Shown here in pieces: positions 41,328-53,701 of a stretch of 64,000 nt of DNA. The notes beneath the pieces are model-generated. The model did no database searches and was not told the DNA's origin. It was given only the letters and a program-made list of their open reading frames with translations. The first letter of the stretch is position 1, and every line of letters starts with the position of its first letter. Source of the DNA: Octopus vulgaris (taxonomy: Eukaryota). The translations under genes and the position numbers were made by a program. The stretch lies in the NCBI GenBank assembly GCA_951406725.2, contig OX597825.1, positions 25,792,001-25,856,000 of the forward strand. Reading direction: 5' to 3'.

Positions 41328-42157
41328 ATATGCTTATATTACACTTCGATTTCAGTCTTGCCGTTTCTGTTTTGCTTAATGTTTGCATTTCCACCAAAGA
41401 GCGTTTCTTTTAAATCTTCTCTTTCTATAGCTGATGTTTTACATATTCGGAAATGTGTAAGCTGCTTCCTAAATTAGGTAGTCTTTTGGGATTCACATTT
41501 ACTCTTAAAACAGTTTTTCTGTCTTTCTCTGTGTATTTCCGTTACGTAGTGTTTCTTTTAAGTTTTCTGCCTTCTAATATCTTTCGTATTTGCATATGAC
41601 TACGCGTCTTCCTGATTTCGATAGTCTTTTGCGATTTACATTTATTTTAACATCAGCTTTATTCTGTCACCAAAAATTATGTTCGTGGGGGGTATAATAT
41701 AGCTGAAAAAAATATATGTATTACAGAAACATTATTTGCGTATCTTTTTATACATGTTTTATTTTATTTACAGTACATGTGTAAAAATGGATATTTTACT
41801 TAGAATGCAATTTTTGTTTATTGGGTGAGTAGTGGTTTATATATTTCTAGTTCCATACAATTTTTCATGCTCCATTTTACGTATTTTTACTGCTTAGGTT
41901 TCAAAGTCTTCTTTTAATCTTGATACGAATGACACGATTTTAATTTGTATTGTTTGACATGTTTTTCTTTGAGAAACTAGATCTGTCTGGTGCTGATTTA
42001 AATTGAGTTCCGTCTGTGTGTTTACAAATGTTAGCTAATCCGCCATTAATGTCAACATCTGCAATACATCAAATATATGAGAAAGAAATCAATAAAATTT
42101 CACTCATAAGTTAATGTATTACTTACAAAATTATTCTAAAACATTCACGCTCTTTTC

Positions 42158-42669
42158 TTTGAGTTGATTCGTTGTAATTCAATCGTTGTTAATGGGAACT
42201 TTTGAAGCTGAGTGATGTAGCGATCTTTAATGTTTAATGTCATCTGGCGAGGTGATAATTATAATACTAATAATAATAGTTATAATATTATTATTAGTAG
42301 TAATAATAATAATAATAGATTCAAATTTTGCCATAGGAAAAGCCATCTTTGAAAGGAGGGGTGAAAGTCGATTACATCGATCTAAGTACTTAACTGGTAC
42401 TTGTTTTATCGACCCCGGAAGGATGACAGGCAAAGTCAACCTTAGCAGCATTTGAAATACGAAGGTAAAGAGGGATTAAATGCTGATAAGCATTTTACCC
42501 GACGGGATACCAGTTTTGCCAGCTCGATGCCTTATACAACAAAATCAACAACAACAACAAAAGCGACGACGACATCAACAACAACAACGACAACAACAAC
42601 GATAGTAGCAATAATAATGATAATGATTACTAGGCAGTGGTTCTCATGGATTCTGATCTTAACTGATTG
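42158..42669 (+). repeat. Copy 1 of a ~500-bp local duplication (contains a minus-strand family A SINE at about 42318-42533)
   Basis: Highly similar to 43454-43929; paired ORFs in the track confirm this. Confidence 0.92.
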
Positions 42670-42985
42670 GAAGGGTTATCATGTATATGTTTTCTCTTTG
42701 TATAAAAGATGAGTTACAGCAAATATTCAACTCCATACCACAGATTTGCTTCTCAGTAGTTTGACCATAACCAGTTGAGCATTTCCCTCAGTGATTTATG
42801 ATATGTGCGTCTCCGATCACAAGCAGACATACTGGAGAAGCATCATAGTCATGTGTTGAGAGGAATTCGTTGGGGTTTGGATAATTCACCTCTCCAGACA
42901 TAGCTGTTTCGTTCGTCATATTTAAGCAGTCCTTATTCAGGGAGATTTTGAGCGAGATGGTCTACTCGACCTGGAAGTACTCTCT
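42630..42985. mobile_element. Interspersed repeat, same family as 30295-30661
   Basis: Collinear similarity over about 330 bp. Confidence 0.75.
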
Positions 42986-42994
42986 GGAAAGGAC

Positions 42995-44005
42995 ATTGAA
43001 ATGGTACGAACACAAACCAGATGTCAATGACAGTAATAAATATAAGATCTTATGCTATGTTGCAATCTAGTGTGATTCAGTGATTGATGCCCAGAGACCA
43101 GACTTTGTTGTAGATAATAAAATGATGAAAGAAACTAAGATCATAGGCTTTGCTATACCTGAGAATGTATGAGAGAATATCAAAGAACTAGAAAAAATTG
43201 AAAAGTACATGCCGCTAAAGGATGAGATTACATGAATGTGGGCAATGAAAGACGTAACTGTCATCCCAATAGTTGTCGGGGCACTGGGAGCAATAACAAG
43301 AAGACTTGAGAAATCAGTTGGTAAAATCGGGATTGACATGAGGATAGAACTAACTCAGAAAACTGTTCTATTGAGGATTTTCAGAATTTATTCTTGAATG
43401 TTAAGTATCGTGGAAAAGCACCATGTGAGATGCTTGACAAGTTGCTGCCCGCTTTTGAATTCATTCGTTGTAATTCAATCGTTGTTAATGGGAACTTTTG
43501 AAGCTGAGTGATGTAGCGGTCTTTAATGTTTAATGTCAGAGTTGATAATTATAATACTAATAATAATAGTTATAATAATATTATCATTAGTAGTAATAAT
43601 GATAATAATAGATTCAAATTTTGGCATAGAAAAAGCCGTCTTTGAAAGGAGGGTGGAAAGTCGATTACATCGATCTAAGTACTTAACTGGTACTTGTTTT
43701 ATCGACCCCGGAAGGATGACAGGCAAAGTCAACCTTAGCAGCATTTGAAATATGAACGTAAAGAGGGATTAAATGCTGATAAGCACTTTACCCGGCGGGA
43801 TAACAGTTTTGGCAGCTCGCTGCCTTATACAACAAAATCAACAATAACAACAACAACAACGATAGTAACAATAATAATGATAATGATTCCTAGGCAGTGG
43901 TTCACATGGATTCTGATCTTAACTGATTGACAAGTTGTTGTCCGCTTTTACAGAATTAACCGGAACAAGTGAAATCAAGGGCTCCGAGAAGTGAGATGGA
44001 AATAA
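42995..44005 (+). mobile_element. R4/Dong-type retrotransposon 3' fragment (RLE domain 42995-43400; 3'UTR interrupted by the duplication at 43454-43929)
   Basis: KWYEHKPD, AQRPDFVV, IIGFAIP, KELEKIEKYMPLKDEI, VIPIVVGALGAI, TQKTVLL. The remaining 3'UTR ends in aataataata at about 44001. Confidence 0.85.
43454..43929 (+). repeat. Copy 2 of the ~500-bp local duplication
   Basis: See 42158-42669. Confidence 0.92.
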
Positions 44006-45051
44006 TAATAATTGGTATTTTAATAGTATTAGTGGTAGTATTTCATTCCACGGTATTCTCTCTACTCGATCTCTCAAATAATTACACATAGCTTCATTCA
44101 GAAATTACACACAATAATCTGGAATCCATCTTTCTCCTCCAAACATCCTATTATAATTACCCTGCTCACAGTTCACTATATACTAGGCCCATTGAACCTT
44201 TTTCTCCTTCAGTGGGACACCCCTACAATAATTTTATGTTTATGCCTTTAAACTATTTCAGCCAAATATTTATCACTTCCTAATACCTGACAATGGTTCA
44301 CTTATTGCGTCTGACCAACTAATTGTGTTCATATGATATTTAATATGCTGCATCGGTTTATTACTAAGGCGAACTTATTGTAAATATTCTCGTTTTGCCC
44401 TCCATTCTATTGCTAAATACTCCACTATTTTCTATGCTATTGTCACTGCACACTTATGCATCTTTTTTTCTGATTCTTGATAAAATCGTTCTGGATTGAA
44501 CCCTTGTTGTTTGTTCAGTAACAAGAAACGTAGTCGCTTTTCATACGACAGGTTCTTCACGATTTAAAGAGAAACGAGTGTTTCTTGCATACTGCGTTTT
44601 GTTAAAAAAAATGTTAAACCATCATAAAAATTCCTGGTACTGAGAGGGTATAGATAAAATTAAGACCTGTTACAAAAACAGTAAAATTTTGAACGACTCG
44701 AATATTTGCCATGAAGTTTAACCATCAAACATTGTAGGATAGTTCAAGACCATTTTCATTTCCTCCTGTGCAATGTTTTAAAGCTATATAGTTCACGGTG
44801 TTCAATTGTTCTGTTTGGTTGAATGTTAAAATACGTAGAAATTTTGGTTTCCCAGGTTTATTTAGAGCCATTTCTGATATAAAATTATCTACCTTAGTGA
44901 AATGTTGGCATCCTTTTTCAAAGTGACCAATGTAATTAATTAATTGATTCATTTAGAGTCCAGTTAAGAATATTGTAGATGTAACTTATAACTGGGACGG
45001 CTAGAGTGTTGATACATATTATCTTGGGTCGACCAAAGCCTTGTGAGTGTA

Positions 45052-46330
45052 TTTCGTAACTGAGTTTTTATCATTTCGTAATTATCTCTAAGTCTTCTTG
45101 GACTTCTATATCTCTTAAACTGTCTTGGATTTCATGCCACTCTGCTTTATCATTATGCTCTACAGATTGGTCCAGGATTCCTCTCCAGAATACCTTGCTT
45201 TCCTCTCCATCTGGTATCATTGTGTATTGTATTTGTCCATCTAGTGTCTGAAACAGTTTCTCCTGATTTGCTTCAAAGCATCTGTTTTGCCTGAACTATG
45301 ATCATATGTGTTGTTATATCTCTCCAGTTTTGCTTTGATTGCTACTACTCTTTATTTCAACTCTTCCAGTATCATATCATAACCTTTATCTCCAATTCCG
45401 TATGTTCTTTTCAGTATTATTCTTATGATTTCGTTCTGCATATCCCCTCTTCTCAATCTATCAACTTGTCCTAAATGGTTCTTTAACTTTGTTTCTCATA
45501 AAGTCGTGTATGCCAGTATGGTTCTTTACCTTCTGTTTGTTCTTTTCTTTAGTATCCAACTCTCTCTGCAACAACCATAGCTGCAACTCAATTAATCTTG
45601 TTAGTTTCAGTTATATTTCTCGTCTGGAATACTCCAAGAACCGAATCTATCTTTTCGGTTTCAAATTTGAGCTTGCGTCGGTCAATGTACCCTAATATAT
45701 CGCCACAGCGTCCTCACTTTGTCTTGTTGGTAATCAGCGTATTCTTGTGATATACCTCTTCATATTACTCCTGCTTCATTTGCAGAGATTCTTTTACTTT
45801 TACACTTTGCTCTACTTCTTACCTGCCGGCTTTCATTTTTCTGTTCTCACTGTGCACATTACCTGTTGGTGAAGTATTATTTCTATCTTCTACTTTTCCT
45901 TTTATCTCTTCTATTTCTATGTCTGTTAACCACCCTTTTACTCTTATTGCTTTTGGCTGGTCGGCTAATCGTTGCTCACTTGTTTCGAAGAGTCATATCT
46001 CATTCCATTTTGCTTTCATTCGTTGTCGGAATCCCTTTCTGCTAGGTTCACTTCTGATCCAGCATTGAATTACCGTTTGGTTAGCCTCCTTATCACACAG
46101 TTTTCTCTGGCTCTGGCTTTGTTTACAGCCAGTCATGGCATTCAAACAATCTCTATATGATTACCCCCAACAAATATCAGATAAACCACCCAAACCCAGA
46201 TATGTCACTGAAAACAATAATCCTCTGCTTGAATGGGCTACGGTTCCCCAGAGCTAACTGTGTATCTCTTCCAGGTGGTGCTATTAAATTAGACATGGCC
46301 TGAGCCAACTTCGGCTGAAATTTATCTAAG
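45052..46330 (-). mobile_element. R4/Dong-type retrotransposon 5' portion (N-terminal ORF region and putative 5'UTR), decayed
   Basis: Minus-strand translation SEQRLADQ..AIRVKGWLTDIEIEEI, KLERY..RQNRCFEANQEKLFQTL, PDGEESKVFWRGILDQSVEHNDKAEW, typical of the pre-RT region of R4-clade ORFs. Confidence 0.8.
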
Positions 46331-46965
46331 TAATCTAATCTATGCTATAACCTTTTCATGAAAGCATGACAACGTGGGTAGAGGCTGATATCTTAACATT
46401 TCTGATGGCCTTAAGTATAAAAACCAATTATTAAAGATTTATATAGAACTACATTCAGAGTATGTCTATAATTTATTGTGTTTAGACCTGGTTTCTATCC
46501 TCAAACTGTTCCGTTTTTTAGATGCAATGTTTTTTTTACTAAAGCACTCCGAAGTTAGAAAAATCAAAAATGTGCAACAATCTCAGTCCCATGAGTATTG
46601 GATAATGGATTTTCAATTGTGTAAAGAAACTGGTTGTGATGGTTGTAGTTTTGACGTTGATTGTGGTGATCGTAGTTTTGACGGTAATTTTGGTGAAAGC
46701 AGAGATAGTGTTGATGATTATTATGGTCCAGATAAGTATAGCTGTTGTCATTGATGTATTATAACTGCTTCAGATGATTCCTGTTTTTAAAGGTTTACTT
46801 TTTTCAAAATCAAATGGCTGTGTTATTTTTTACCCCTGCCAGTTAGGTTGCGTTTTGCCGGTTATGTTTTGGGAAATTGGGCGATTCTCAGCATGTGTGT
46901 ATAAGGGTGTAAAATGAGCTGCTTGGCGGAGGTCTGCGGTGTTTTTCTAGTTATCATTATTATTA

Positions 46966-47182
46966 AGATGGTGAGCTTCCAGAATCCCTAGCGTACCGGA
47001 CAAAATACGTAGGAGCATTTTGTCCGTACCTACATCGTAAATTCAAATGCTGCCGGGGTTGTCTTTGCCTTTCCTCGTTTCAGGGTCGATAAAATAAGTA
47101 CCAGTTATGCACTCAGGTCAATGCAATCGACTTTCTGCTTGCCCCGAGATTGTTGGCCCTCTGCCAAAATTTGAAGACATTA
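46966..47182 (+). mobile_element. Old SINE family A copy
   Basis: ggtgagcttccagaatcc...gggtcgataaaataagtaccagttatgcac. Confidence 0.8.
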
Positions 47183-47204
47183 TGATGATTATGATTATTC
47201 TGTT

Positions 47205-47454
47205 ATTCTGCTACTTATTTCAGTCATTGGGCTGCGGCCATGCTGGAACACTGCCTTAAAGGGTGTTAGTCGAAGAAATCGACTCCAGGACTTATTCTTC
47301 GTAAGCCTAGTACTTAGTCTATCGTTTCTTTTTCCCGACCGCTAAGTTACGGGGACATAAATACACCAGCAACAGTTATCATGCGATGGTGGGGAAACAC
47401 AAACACACATACAAACACACGCATATACACACACAATCATACATACATGCATAC

Positions 47455-47530
<76 letters not shown>

Positions 47531-47536
47531 TATTAT

Positions 47537-47581
<45 letters not shown>

Positions 47582-47727
47582 GACGGTTTCGGTCTTGCAA
47601 ACCCAATCACAAGGCTTTGGTCGGCCCGAGGCTATAGCAGAAGACACTCTCGTAAGATGCCACGCAGGAGGACTGAACCCGAAACCATTCGATTGGGAAA
47701 CAAGTTTCTTACCACACGGTCATGCTT
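47205..47727 (-). mobile_element. SINE family B with expanded internal microsatellite
   Basis: Reverse complement is collinear with 6418-6873. Confidence 0.88.
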
Positions 47728-48279
47728 GATTAATATTATGATTAAAAATCTTCTGCTATTGGTCATGTTTCACACCACATGAGCTTGCTATTATAATGAT
47801 TCCGGATCTGAACAACGCACCGGATTTTCATAGAATGTTCACATTTATTTCTCATGTGTAATGCAGTCAATTTTTTTTGCTCTGGCAGAATGATTGCCTG
47901 ACATTTGGAGTTTATTTTGTATTAATGGAGAAATTCAATATTTTCGTTTTAGTAGGCGACATTCTTTGATCTAGATCTCAGGGTCATGATATTAAGTTAA
48001 ATTCTCAGCTTCCATTTTATAAGAAGATTAGAAACGTCTTTGATCTCAAGATCAATGGAAAAGCAGATCTTCGCCTTTCCACCGTGGATCACCATGCATG
48101 GTCGCTCGGCGTCCATCATTATAGTTCTCTTACCACACCATCCAAAGACGACTTCGTTTGTTATGCCACTGATATTAATGAATGAGTATGAGACGTGTTC
48201 AAAATCAACTCACAGCGATTGCGTATTAGTAACCGATGTTCATATATGAGTGAAAATAGATTTCCTCCTTATTTATATC

Positions 48280-48564
48280 GTTTGTTGCTTCTCGAGCCAC
48301 GACTGGCTCATAGGGCCGGTTTCCCGGGTTCCTTGGTGTATAGGTGCCCCACCTGGACGGGATGCCGGTCCGCTGCAGGTGAACTGCAAGATACAGGGGG
48401 AAAGAATGAGAGAAAATTGTGGCGAAAGAGTCAGCAGAAGTTCGGCATTACCTTCTGACGCGTGGAGCTTAGGTGTTGTACTCATAAACACACACATCGT
48501 CCGGTCTGAGATTCGAACCTGCGATCCCTCGACCGCTGCTCTAACCAGTAGGCCATGTGCATCC
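48280..48564 (-). mobile_element. tRNA-derived SINE, family C head and body with family D-type tail
   Basis: Minus strand TGGCCTACTGGTTAGAGCAG (A box) and GGTTCGAATCTC (B box). Confidence 0.85.
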
Positions 48565-48699
48565 GCTCATTTATATAGAGTTATATAATTGTATAGTCTC
48601 ATTGTTGAACCTATACAGATATCTTCAGTGTGCCTGTGCTACTAAACAATCCATTCTATGACATGCGTTTGTCAATCTTTACCTTATAACTTCCATCAA

Positions 48700-48826
48700 T
48701 ATCGACTTCACCTTTCAGGCTTTCGGGGTCGATAAAATAAATACCAGTTGAACACTGGAGTCGATGTAGCTGATTTACAAACTTCCCCGAAATTGCTGGC
48801 CTTGTACCAAAATTTGAAACTGATAT
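48700..48826 (+). mobile_element. SINE family A, 3' half
   Basis: tttcggggtcgataaaataaataccagttgaacactggagtcgatg. Confidence 0.75.
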
Positions 48827-49036
48827 TACTCATTACTTTTTTTGTCATAATGTGTTCGAATGTCACGCTGCCAAAGGGAAATAAGTTTATTGATCACTCT
48901 TCTTATTTTTATCTGATGTACTCAGACACACAACGCAGTAACACTGTGAACGAGTGATAAAAAGTAACAAATATGAGAGAGAGAGTGAGAGAGAGAAAGA
49001 GGTAGATAGATATATAGAGAGAGAGCGAGAGCGAGA

Positions 49037-49081
<45 letters not shown>

Positions 49082-49685
49082 TTGACTAAGTTTATGAGCT
49101 GCACTTAATATCCAATACATTGCTTCTAACATTGTAAGTAATCTGAATATTAATTTCTAGATATTTCTCTCCGCTGTGGTGGGCGTTATTGTTTTTTTAA
49201 ATTTTCTTTTTGTGATTTCTCTAAATTCAGATCGAATAAGATACAGTGTAAATGCTACAAAACTTTTATATTTTCTGCATTTCGGAAAATAATTTTTTTC
49301 ATTTTCAATAGTGTAATTTTCTCTCTCAGGTAAATTTTAATTTTAGTCTTGCAGTCATATCACTATTACTGTAAAGAAGGGAGATAATTTTATGGCTAGA
49401 AATACGCTGTTAAGTGATATAATTAACATTATTATATACAGCAATACAGCAGTTGCCTCTCCTGATACCATTAGCTTTACTATATGAACTGACATTAAGG
49501 ATATGCTTTTTTGTAAATGAATATAAATTATGGAAAAGAATCAAAAGTAAAAAGAGCTAAATAAATGGAAAAAAAGTAACAGAGGGAAGAGATAGAGTGA
49601 CAATTCGAGAAGTACAACGTGACTGAAAGCAAATGGTGCAGTCTAATGCAGTCATTGAGACTAGGAATAATTAATGTGAAAATTA

Positions 49686-49897
49686 TAGTTTCCAATTTTG
49701 CCACGAGGGCAGCACTTTTGGGGAGTGGATGAGTCGATTACATCGATCCCAGTGTTCAATTGGTACTTGTTTTATCGACCCTGAAGGGTGAAAGCAACTT
49801 CAACCTCGGCGGAAGTTGAACTCAGAGCGCAAAGACGGACGAAATACCGCTAAGAATTTCGTCCAACGTGCTAACGATTCTGCCAGCTTGCCGCCTT
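49686..49897 (-). mobile_element. SINE family A
   Basis: Ends ...gtgctaacgattctgccagcttgccgcc. Confidence 0.88.
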
Positions 49898-50054
49898 AAT
49901 TACTGAGAAATAATAAAATAATAAGAGACAAGAAGAACTGCTCCATCGCATTTTTTTACGATATGATCCTAGACGAAATAATGCAAATATAATTGTAGAA
50001 TTTCTAAAAATTGTAAGAAAAGGAAACGTATCTTTTATTTTTTCCTCTCCTGTT

Positions 50055-50375
50055 TGTTTTAGTCATCAGACTGCGGTCATGCTGAGGCACGGCATTGAAG
50101 AATTCTTAATCGAATGAGTGTACATCAGTGCTTGTTGCTTATTTACGTACTCTGTCGTCATCTTTTGCCGAAACGCTAAGTTACGGGAACGTAAACACAC
50201 AAACACCAGTTGTGAAGTGGTGGTGAGGAGGGGCAAATACACAAGCGCGCGCGCACCTAAGTCAGACATCTTTTAGTTTCCTTCGACCAAACTTACATGG
50301 CTTTGGTCACTAGCCCAATCTGTCACGCATTGAAGTTGAACCATGTGGTTGGAAAGCGCTTATATTTGCCGCACT
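50055..50375 (-). mobile_element. Old SINE family B copy
   Basis: gactgcggtcatgctg...cgctaagttacgggaacgtaaacac...aaccatgtggttggaaagc. Confidence 0.7.
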
Positions 50376-51939
50376 GAAATGGTGATATCGTCTTTTTTAT
50401 GATTTCAGGACGATGGACAGATTATATCGTATAAATGTGATTGTTCTAAATGTCAAGTATAAAATATATGAACTGAAAGTCCATGTTGTTTCACAACTGA
50501 ATTTTTGAGTGAAATTCAGAGTTAGTCCCATCCAAGTACATTCTTGTAATTTAATACAGCCTGAATTTTCCAAATGTATAAGAAAACCAAAATTGAATTT
50601 TGTTGAGCAGAGCTGATATTGCAATGCACTTGGTTTGTTGAGCAGCTCTGAATTTTCGGAGTTTCAGTTCAGGCGCAGTGACATTGACAAATAACAACCG
50701 AGGGAGAGATAGATAACTAAATAGAGAGAAAGAGAGAGAGAAAGGGGGTGGAGGGAGAGAGAGAAAGCGAGAGAACATGTAGACAGATGAAGAGCTGAAG
50801 TAAACAGGCAGATACAAAGGTGTTACAAATTACTTCTGTCAAATGGCTTAACTTCAATAAGACAGCGTCTATTTACATGTATGCTAAAGACGTTCAAACT
50901 GCCTGGCGAATACTCTCTGTAGCAGTAAATGAACTCTGACTAATCTACAAAATACTTTAATTACCATCTGTGAATAACAAATACAATTTGTGCATTGGTT
51001 CATATTTCTCCAAGAAACTCTACTGGAATTTTTAGTTTGTAATTGTAAGTCCTTTTCCCACTGTAGAAAGAATGAAGCAGGCACATTTGTTAATCCAGCA
51101 AAAATGAAATGATAATAGACAAACTTTTTCTCATATCGAACTATACAGAGATCTCTCTAGTTAAATCGCATGTTGTGTTTAAACAGCGAAGCTGATTAGG
51201 AATCTGCATAAGATAAACATTTATAACTAAATTTATGCTTAATTTTATATTAATACTCGTACTTCTCATAGTATTGTTTGTGAAATCTTTGCGTGTTTAT
51301 TAGAATATATCATTTTAGCTCTATTTTACTGTATGGAGCACTCATGGATCTCTATCGACAAAAGATTTAAACATCGATGTAAAAACAAACGTGATTTCAA
51401 ACAAAAAATGTATTCTGGAGCATCTGTCTTTTATTTGCATAAGAAGTGTTTCGAGTGTTGCTGGAGGTGGTTTAGAACATAGTTTGTTGTTTCAGTCTGT
51501 ACTGTTTATATCAGTTTTCTTTTATTTGCACAAGTGCTGCCTTGTCATTCCTACCCTTGTAATATTGCAGTGAAACATGAGCAGTGCTTTGTAGGTATTT
51601 AACCAAGGAAGGTATATATTCGGCCAAAGTGAACCTAGCATCTGCACACGTATGGGCAGGACATTTTTAAAGAAGATTTGTAAAATTGTTGAAGCAACTC
51701 CCCTTTACAAACAACATTTATCCAAGGGAAATGCAAGTAATTCTGCCGATACGGCTTCGGACCAGTGTTATTGCAGGCCTTGCTGACAAAATATAAAGGG
51801 CTGGGAATGATACCATATTGCATTCAATATGACCCTCTAAATTTTCTGCTTGTTTCGTGCCTTGCAGTGAAATCAAAGCACACAGCAAAGCATTTTATCC
51901 AATAGTCACTAATGTTATAAAACATTTACTTTTAACAAT

Positions 51940-52143
51940 GTTGTCAAATTTTAGCACAATTTTAGCAATTTCGAGGAGGCGGTAATTCCCCTGTACTCAA
52001 CTGGTACTTATTTTATCGACCCCGAGAAGATGAATGGCAAAGTCGACCTAGGTGGAATTTGAACTCAGAATGTAAAGACGAGTGGAATGTCGCTAATTAT
52101 TTTGCACGGTGTGCTAACGATTATTTCAGCTCACTGCTACCTT
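51940..52143 (-). mobile_element. SINE family A
   Basis: actggtacttattttatcgaccccgagaagatgaatggcaaagtcgacc. Confidence 0.82.
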
Positions 52144-53190
52144 ACATTTTCTTACAGTAATGTCAACAATTTTATCTCCTTTAGAAAACCATTTCACTGC
52201 TGCCTTAATTATTTTCAATATTTCGTTTAAGGTTAACGCTGGAATTCATAAAATCTATAGCCTTCACTTGTTAAAGCAATTGAATCTTTTCTACAATAGA
52301 TTTATGGCCTTGGACTAATTAAAGAGAGAGAGAGAGAGAGAGAATTTCACAGACAGTATTGTATACATATCTCGAGCACTTTTGTTTGTATTTAGAAACA
52401 AAATGCAAAACAAAATATTAGGGACAATATATTCTAAGATGCATTCAGGCTGATAGATTTTGGTTTGGTAAAGTGAAATCAGAAACTAGTTCGTATGCTA
52501 TAGGTTGATTGACACCGCTTACATGAGATGCAGCTTGGTTAAGGTTAGAAACATATCAGCTCATAATGACAAAGATACTTAAAGAAGTGTTATAAATATT
52601 TATGGCCAAACTCACCTTTAATGGTTTGTTTCTGTTTCTTTATCTTATGGTTGTTGTTACCATTTTCAATGCATTTTTGTTAGTATTTCGTTCCGTTTAT
52701 AGTTTCTTTTCAAAAGGTAATTTTTTTTATACGATGAAATATTAAAATTAATGAATAAATTATGATAGCAACAGAAATATTTAGAACTGTGTCATTGTTC
52801 ACCTGATTATCTCCAGTTTATACATTTCATTTAATTTTACAGCAAGTTTGCGATTCGCTTGGTCAGGATAAGAAATAAGGCATTGATCACAGAGGGGGTG
52901 GAACACAAGTAGAAGTACTTTGTAGCAGTTAATTATGTTGCCAGTTCAAGCCCCACTGGGGTCAACTTCATATTTCCTATTTTCGTAATTAATAGAATAA
53001 TTGCAAGTCATGTATTTAGGTCGTTTCGAGATACTGTCCAGATTTTCTTATTATCTATGACTGAACAGAGCGAACTATGAATATACATACATTCATACAC
53101 ACACACACATGCACACACGTTCAAACACACACCCGCACGTACACACAAACACACATAAGAATACAAGTACATATATATGCACGTACTGTC

Positions 53191-53523
53191 GTGTATATAT
53201 ATATATATATATAAGAATTTTTTGCGCAATGAGATAAAATAACCAAGGCTGTGTAGATATTAGAACATTTATAGATAGAAGGTCTTACAGCTGTTTCCAG
53301 GATGTTTATTAATTATACCCCTTCATCGGAGACGGTGTTAGAGGATGGTTAAGTAATAGTTAGTTTAGATAGGATACATCCTCTCACACCGTCTCCGATG
53401 GAGGGATATAATTAATAAATATCCTGTAAACAGCTGTAAGACCTTCTGTCTATCAATGTTCTAATATCTACACAGCCTTGGGTTTTTTTTTTATCTCATT
53501 ACGCAAACAATTCTTATATACAC
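53191..53523. mobile_element. Fold-back element: two ~140-bp inverted arms (about 53206-53347 and 53377-53520), each with a hammerhead-like motif; probably inverted Penelope termini
   Basis: Arms are reverse complements with scattered mismatches and a 29-nt spacer. Minus strand 53333-53281 reads gucu-CCGAUGA-stemII-GAAACAGCUGUA-agac. Confidence 0.85.
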
Positions 53524-53660
53524 ACGCTGACATATGACCAACTTTGAACCCCTTATTCTCAAAATTACCGAACCTGGAACACAACTATTATCCCTCTATA
53601 GCACTTATTCAGCATTACCTGACACCTTTGGGTCTCGATGACACCATTACCTCTTATAAC

Positions 53661-53701
<41 letters not shown>

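Noticed and set aside
48490-48564. tRNA-like sequence on the minus strand (also the heads of the other SINEs)
   Set aside because: A and B boxes continue into a SINE body; no complete cloverleaf or terminator.
51390-51850. Coding-like unique sequence, possibly an old DNA transposase
   Set aside because: No sustained ORF or recognisable motif.
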